This document shows, in pieces, positions 60,582 through 64,000 of a stretch of DNA of 64,000 bases. A program made the translations under genes and the position numbers. Origin of the DNA: the human T2T-CHM13v2.0 reference genome, Homo sapiens; the NCBI RefSeq assembly GCF_009914755.1, contig NC_060942.1. One strand, 5' to 3'. The stretch's first letter is position 1. Each line of letters opens with the position of its first letter. The notes under the pieces were generated by a model that worked only from the letters and a program-made list of their open reading frames with translations, had not been told where the DNA came from and ran no database searches.

Positions 60582-60722
60582 TAGGGTTGCCAAATGAAAT
60601 ACAGGACATCAGTTAAATGAGCAGTATTTGGGACATATTTACACTAAAAAATTAATTGGTGTTTCATCTGAAATTCAAATTAAACTGGGTGTCCTGAATT
60701 TTATTGGCTAAACCTGGCATCA
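60582..60722. mobile_element. MER53 (hAT) inside old L1M fragment
   Basis: TAGGGTTGCCA...AATACAGGACA...GAAATTCAAATTAAACTGGGTGTCCTG...CTGGCA. Confidence 0.75.
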
Positions 60723-61319
60723 GTAAATTATTATCCACCCTATTCTGCATCTTGTTTGTCTGCTTTTTTTTCTTTTTTTTCTGCATTGGAATCATCTAAA
60801 ACTCTGTTAAAACTCCCAGGCCCAAGCTACACACTCCAAACCAATTTCATCAGAATCTCCAAGGATCATTCTTGGGCAACAGTATTTTTTTCTGTGATTG
60901 TGTTAAATTGAGGAATAATTTAACAAAAAAAGCACCCATTTTAAGTGTACCATTCAATGAGTTCAATGACAAATCTATACACCTCTTTTTACTTAATAAT
61001 TATTTTGGTGATCACCCAAAAATCAGTTCTTAAATTGTAAACCCTTTAGAGCAAGCTTTGTATTTTATGCTACTTTTCTTCACAGGACTTGAGCATTCTG
61101 TGTTTCAGATAAATACAGGTTGACTAACAACAGAGTTCTTTATTTCAGTCATTATTTAGGTTTAATGCACAAAATGAGAAATGTTATTAATGAGTTTTTG
61201 CAGTTGCAACACTTGTTACAAAGAAATGCAAAGGTTGCGAAGAAATAGTTGCAGACACTACTTAGTACCAAGAGATCATTTCCACCTACTCAAGATCTCC
61301 CCACTGGCTAAGTGGTACG

Positions 61320-61460
61320 CCAGGTGCTTCACATACACTGGATGACCCTACAAATCCCTACTTATATAGGAGGGATCTGAGGCCCAGGTTAAAGAAATTG
61401 TTCAAGCCACATAGCTAATATTGAGAGGAGCTAGGATTCAAACCACATGTTTAACCCCAA
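61320..61460 (-). mobile_element. MIR SINE
   Basis: CTGAGGCCCAGGTTAAAGAAATTGTTCAAGCCACATAGCTA...AGGATTCAAACC. Confidence 0.65.
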
Positions 61461-63937
61461 ATTCTTAGTAAGGATACTTCTCAATATGGCATAATTTTGA
61501 GATTCCACCTTTCTTCACACTATTCAGAAACTCCTATTTTTAATTTGGAAAATGGTTGAGAACAGCTGTTTCTGTTTCTCAGCAGATGCTTATCTCAGCC
61601 AAAATGCCTTCTTGAGAGAACCAATCAAGAGAAACCAAACAGGTCAAATTTCTTTAGGCTCAAGTTTCTTTGATCTGTATTAAAGCCTTTACAAGGTAGT
61701 TCTGGATTTTGTGTTTGTTGGTTCACATGCCTTGGATCACCTGAGCATGAAGGCTTATTGAAAGAAATAGTTGAAAGGATATAATTATAAGTTGTGATTT
61801 CAGGGGAAAGGAAGTAGTGTCTTTTGCTAATGAACCTTATTGTTCCCCTCAAGTTGTGTGTATATCATATCCATGTCTTGATGTGCCACTAAAAATGAAA
61901 GAATTGACTTAAAACACTAAGGGTGAATATCTTGTTTCTGCATATGCCAACTATCTTGTTTCTCTTCCTTTATGGATGTGTGTTTTGAAATGCAGGATGT
62001 AGACACAGACCACAAAACCATTCTAGTTTCTGCAGCGGAGAACGCAATATGAGTATCTGTCTCAAGGTCATTTCCTGATAATATTATCTTCCAGTAATTT
62101 GAGGCATAGGTTCAGGGAGGAGAGTAGGACGGAATTCTATTCCTGGCTTAGCTGTTTTCCTCTGTCTCCATCTTTAAAGCAATTTTGAAAGTCTCTTGCA
62201 TATGGTTGATGTTCAGTAAAGGTTGGATGAACTGTCTTGACGTTCTTTTTGAAAACTGAGGATATGCTGTGTTCCGAGTAACTTGGCAATGTGTCAGTGA
62301 GGGCACAATTATGAGTCAGAGACCATAGAACTGCAATGGGATCTTAAATTCTTTTAATTTTGGCAATCTCAATTCATCTAGAAGCACCTTTAGAAGAGCA
62401 ATTGATCTTGAAATCTTAACATTCATCAATAAGTAGATGAGAAAGAAGTTTATAAAGTCATTGAATTTCAGAGAGAACTTGATGCCTGGCAGTCTATGGC
62501 AAGTTGTGGACTTGCTTTATGTATATATATATATCTCCATGAAACCACAATTTGATTGATTCCAGTAGTTTTGACTTGGGTCTTGGCCCAGAATTCAAAA
62601 GATAATGCTGTGACAGCAACAAGGAAATTGTAAGTATAGTTTTCTCTAAGTACTGTGAAAGGAGAAATGGAAACTAGGTTAACTACTTAGTGTTTTGCTA
62701 ATCCTATTAATCGGTATGAAGTTTCTTGATTCTGTCTTTTTTGGAAGTATCACAATCATGCATGCTTTACATACAGTGGGGTTTTTTAATGGGTATTACT
62801 GTTAGTAATTCCCTTCATCCACTTTTGGGTGGACTACCTGTTATAAGCTTGGAATGATGTGTAGCTTTTGTTAGTTTAGAAAATTCCTTTTTTTCCAGCC
62901 TAGACCTTTCATTATCTCACATCTAATGTTTTTTCACCTCACATTATCCTCTTTCTTCCACCCTCTATCATTTGTATTTTTTTGTGTAGCTTTTTGCCTG
63001 TGGCTTCTTTTACATCTAGAATCCAGTAATGCCAATATGTCTTTATAACTTCCAGATGAACAATTTAATATTCCTCCTTTACTCCCCACCATTTACTGCA
63101 TCTTGTTTCAACACATAACTTTAGTTTTAGGGATTAGTGAAAGTACAGATTATTGTATATTCAATTAAATGCCACCGGTAAGGGGCAGAGAGGTTTCTTC
63201 CAGGTTAATTATTTACATTCGTCTTTAGAATCTCAAGAGTTCAACAAACGTGGGCTGAGACCAGTTAAAATACAGATATTTAGAAATTGTTACAATATCT
63301 TTAGAGTCAGCCAGGAACAAAATTGTCAGAAAGGGAAGACAGGGGCTTGACTTCAGATCCTCCCACCCATCCACATACACACTTTTTCGTTCTTAAGTGT
63401 CTCTCCGTGTTCCTATTGACTTTATTCTAGTAAGCTTCTAGTTCTCCACTTTCCCATTTAGGATTTTCATTGGTAGAAATATGTCCCATTCCAACTCTTT
63501 CTTTGTGTCTTTTCCGTTAACCATTCAACAAATATGTTGTGCCTCTTTTTACCAGCTACTCTGCAAATCAATGAAAGGCTTAGTTTAGGTGGTTGTGGGA
63601 GTAATGAGATTAAACATAACCTTTATTTTAAAAACATGTAGAGATTAAAAAAATAATTAAGTGTGAAATTTCCTAACCCACCATTTAGATCTCTATAATA
63701 CAGGTTCTGAGAACTCAACATAGCTGAAATTTGTCCGCAAGCAGACCTACTTTCAGAGTCCAGTCCCTTACAGAACGATTAATTCATCAGCTGCTGAAGA
63801 ATCAAGTCCAAATAAAATTAATGGTACCACACAAGCTTCATCCTTTAGTTTACATATAATGTGAGTTATTTATATCCTTTAATGATAATGTTCTCTTGAA
63901 TTTTCCTGAAACACTAGCCATATTTATCCATTTAAAA

Positions 63938-64000
63938 CAGTGGTCCCCAAACTTTTGACACCAGGGACGGGTTTCATGACTATTTTTTCACAGACTGGGA
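63938..64000 (+). mobile_element. MER1 (hAT-Charlie) 5' end, truncated by the window
   Basis: CAGTGGTCCCCAAACTTTTGACACCAGGGACGGGTTTCATG. Confidence 0.75.

Overview
AT-rich, repeat-dense primate (very likely human) genomic DNA with no intact protein-coding exon. The only genic landmark is a small CpG island (~37420-37905) containing a + strand non-coding first exon (37542-37765, donor CTG|GTGAGT). I recognise this exon from memory as the 5' UTR exon of RAB27B, so the window is about 37 kb of upstream sequence plus about 26 kb of intron 1. The rest is a transposon fossil record: about 20 Alus, solo LTRs (LTR1-family x2, MER4A, MER57, THE1, MST, MLT1 and another ERV1 LTR), DNA-transposon relics (MER2, MER8, MER20, MER53, MER82, MER96B, MER1), MIR/L2/L1M fragments and one young L1PA. 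All ORFs in the track are repeat-derived or spurious. I cannot support a new biological system here. The most unusual structure is a twin-primed L1 (28659-30714, 16-bp TSD) carrying a chimeric 78-bp inverted repeat. There is also a recurring set of fold-back or template-switch inverted repeats (26834, 15659, 6338, 16056, 28685, 59104, 59919), an unidentified poly(A)-tailed insert (~13922-14380), and an Alu whose A-tail is replaced by a G17 tract. Repeat family names come from recalled consensus sequences, not from a database search, and boundaries of old repeats are approximate.
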